A stretch of DNA of 64,000 nucleotides from Octopus bimaculoides (Eukaryota), in the NCBI RefSeq assembly GCF_001194135.2, contig NC_068996.1:27175161-27239160 (forward strand), written 5' to 3'. The translations under genes were made by a program, and so were the position numbers. Numbering within the stretch: the stretch's first letter is position 1; every line of letters begins with the position of its first letter. The notes beneath the pieces are model-generated. The model had not been told where the DNA came from. It made no database searches and saw only the letters and a list, made by a program, of their open reading frames with translations. This document shows positions 63,425-64,000 of the stretch, piece after piece.

Positions 63425-63800
63425 CAACAGTCAGTTCCAGTTTATGGCACCTTGGCTAAGTGTCTTTTACTATAGCTCTGGGCTAATCAATGCCTTGTGA
63501 TTGAATTTGGCAAATAGAAACTGTGTGGAAGCCCATGATATATGCGCGTGCGCGCGTGTTTATATAAGTGTGCCTTTGTGTCTGTGTTTGTCACACATAT
63601 CCTATCACTTGACAATGGGTGTTAGTTTCTTTACATCCCCATGACTTCATTGTTCAGCAAAAGAGACAGAGAGAATAAGTATCAGGCATGACAAAAAAAA
63701 AAACAAAAAAACCTGAGGTAGATTTGTTTGAGTAAAGTCCTTGAAGTTAGTGCTCCAACATGGTCACAGTCCTACGACTGAAACAAATAAAAGGTAAAAT
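63425..63800 (+). mobile_element. SINE family A, diverged
   Basis: Core and tail motifs are recognisable. Confidence 0.75.
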
Positions 63801-64000
63801 GTAAATTAATTGTGTTAAATATATGAACTGCAGTGAATGTGTCCTTATGCTCACTCAATCTGTTTGAAACAGCAGTCAAACCTTCTTCAAATCATACCCT
63901 GCCATCTTAACAATAGTGTTTTGGGTTGTATGGGTCTGGACTGAAATGAATGGATTATATTCTTAAGATCATGGTTATAATAATGTTGGTTTTGTTCTTT

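Noticed and set aside
46760-64000. A second host gene downstream of OCIAD1 (e.g. acceptor-like site at ~52427)
   Set aside because: Isolated splice-like signals with no open, homologous exon chain; all protein-like segments are TE-derived.

Overview
AT-rich, repeat-dense animal genomic DNA with six N gaps of 10 to 645 bases; the SINE and LINE families suggest a coleoid cephalopod, most likely Octopus (inference). One protein-coding gene is supported: an OCIA-domain gene (OCIAD1/asrij-like) on the + strand from ATG 3681 to TAA 46758. Seven exons were read directly and splice in frame (111, 76, 54, 124, 152, 186 and 44 nt). A ~48-nt exon expected from the family is absent and probably lies in the N gap at 19877-20521. 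The rest is mobile DNA: several tRNA-derived SINE families, RTE LINE pieces and tails, a decayed CR1/Jockey-type RT, a deleted mariner, piggyBac- and hAT-type MITEs, three LTR-like elements and Penelope-like (PLE) elements. The most unusual signal is a set of seven hammerhead-ribozyme-like motifs from four different element families. One family is a 2.07-kb palindromic GIY-YIG PLE, inserted as one unit (7-bp TSD), that carries a tRNA-Arg-like Pol III module just upstream of its hammerhead. Another is an AT-rich, apparently non-coding ~1-kb element with intact hammerhead cores. No prokaryotic-type systems (CRISPR, operons) are present. Boundaries of diverged repeats are approximate.
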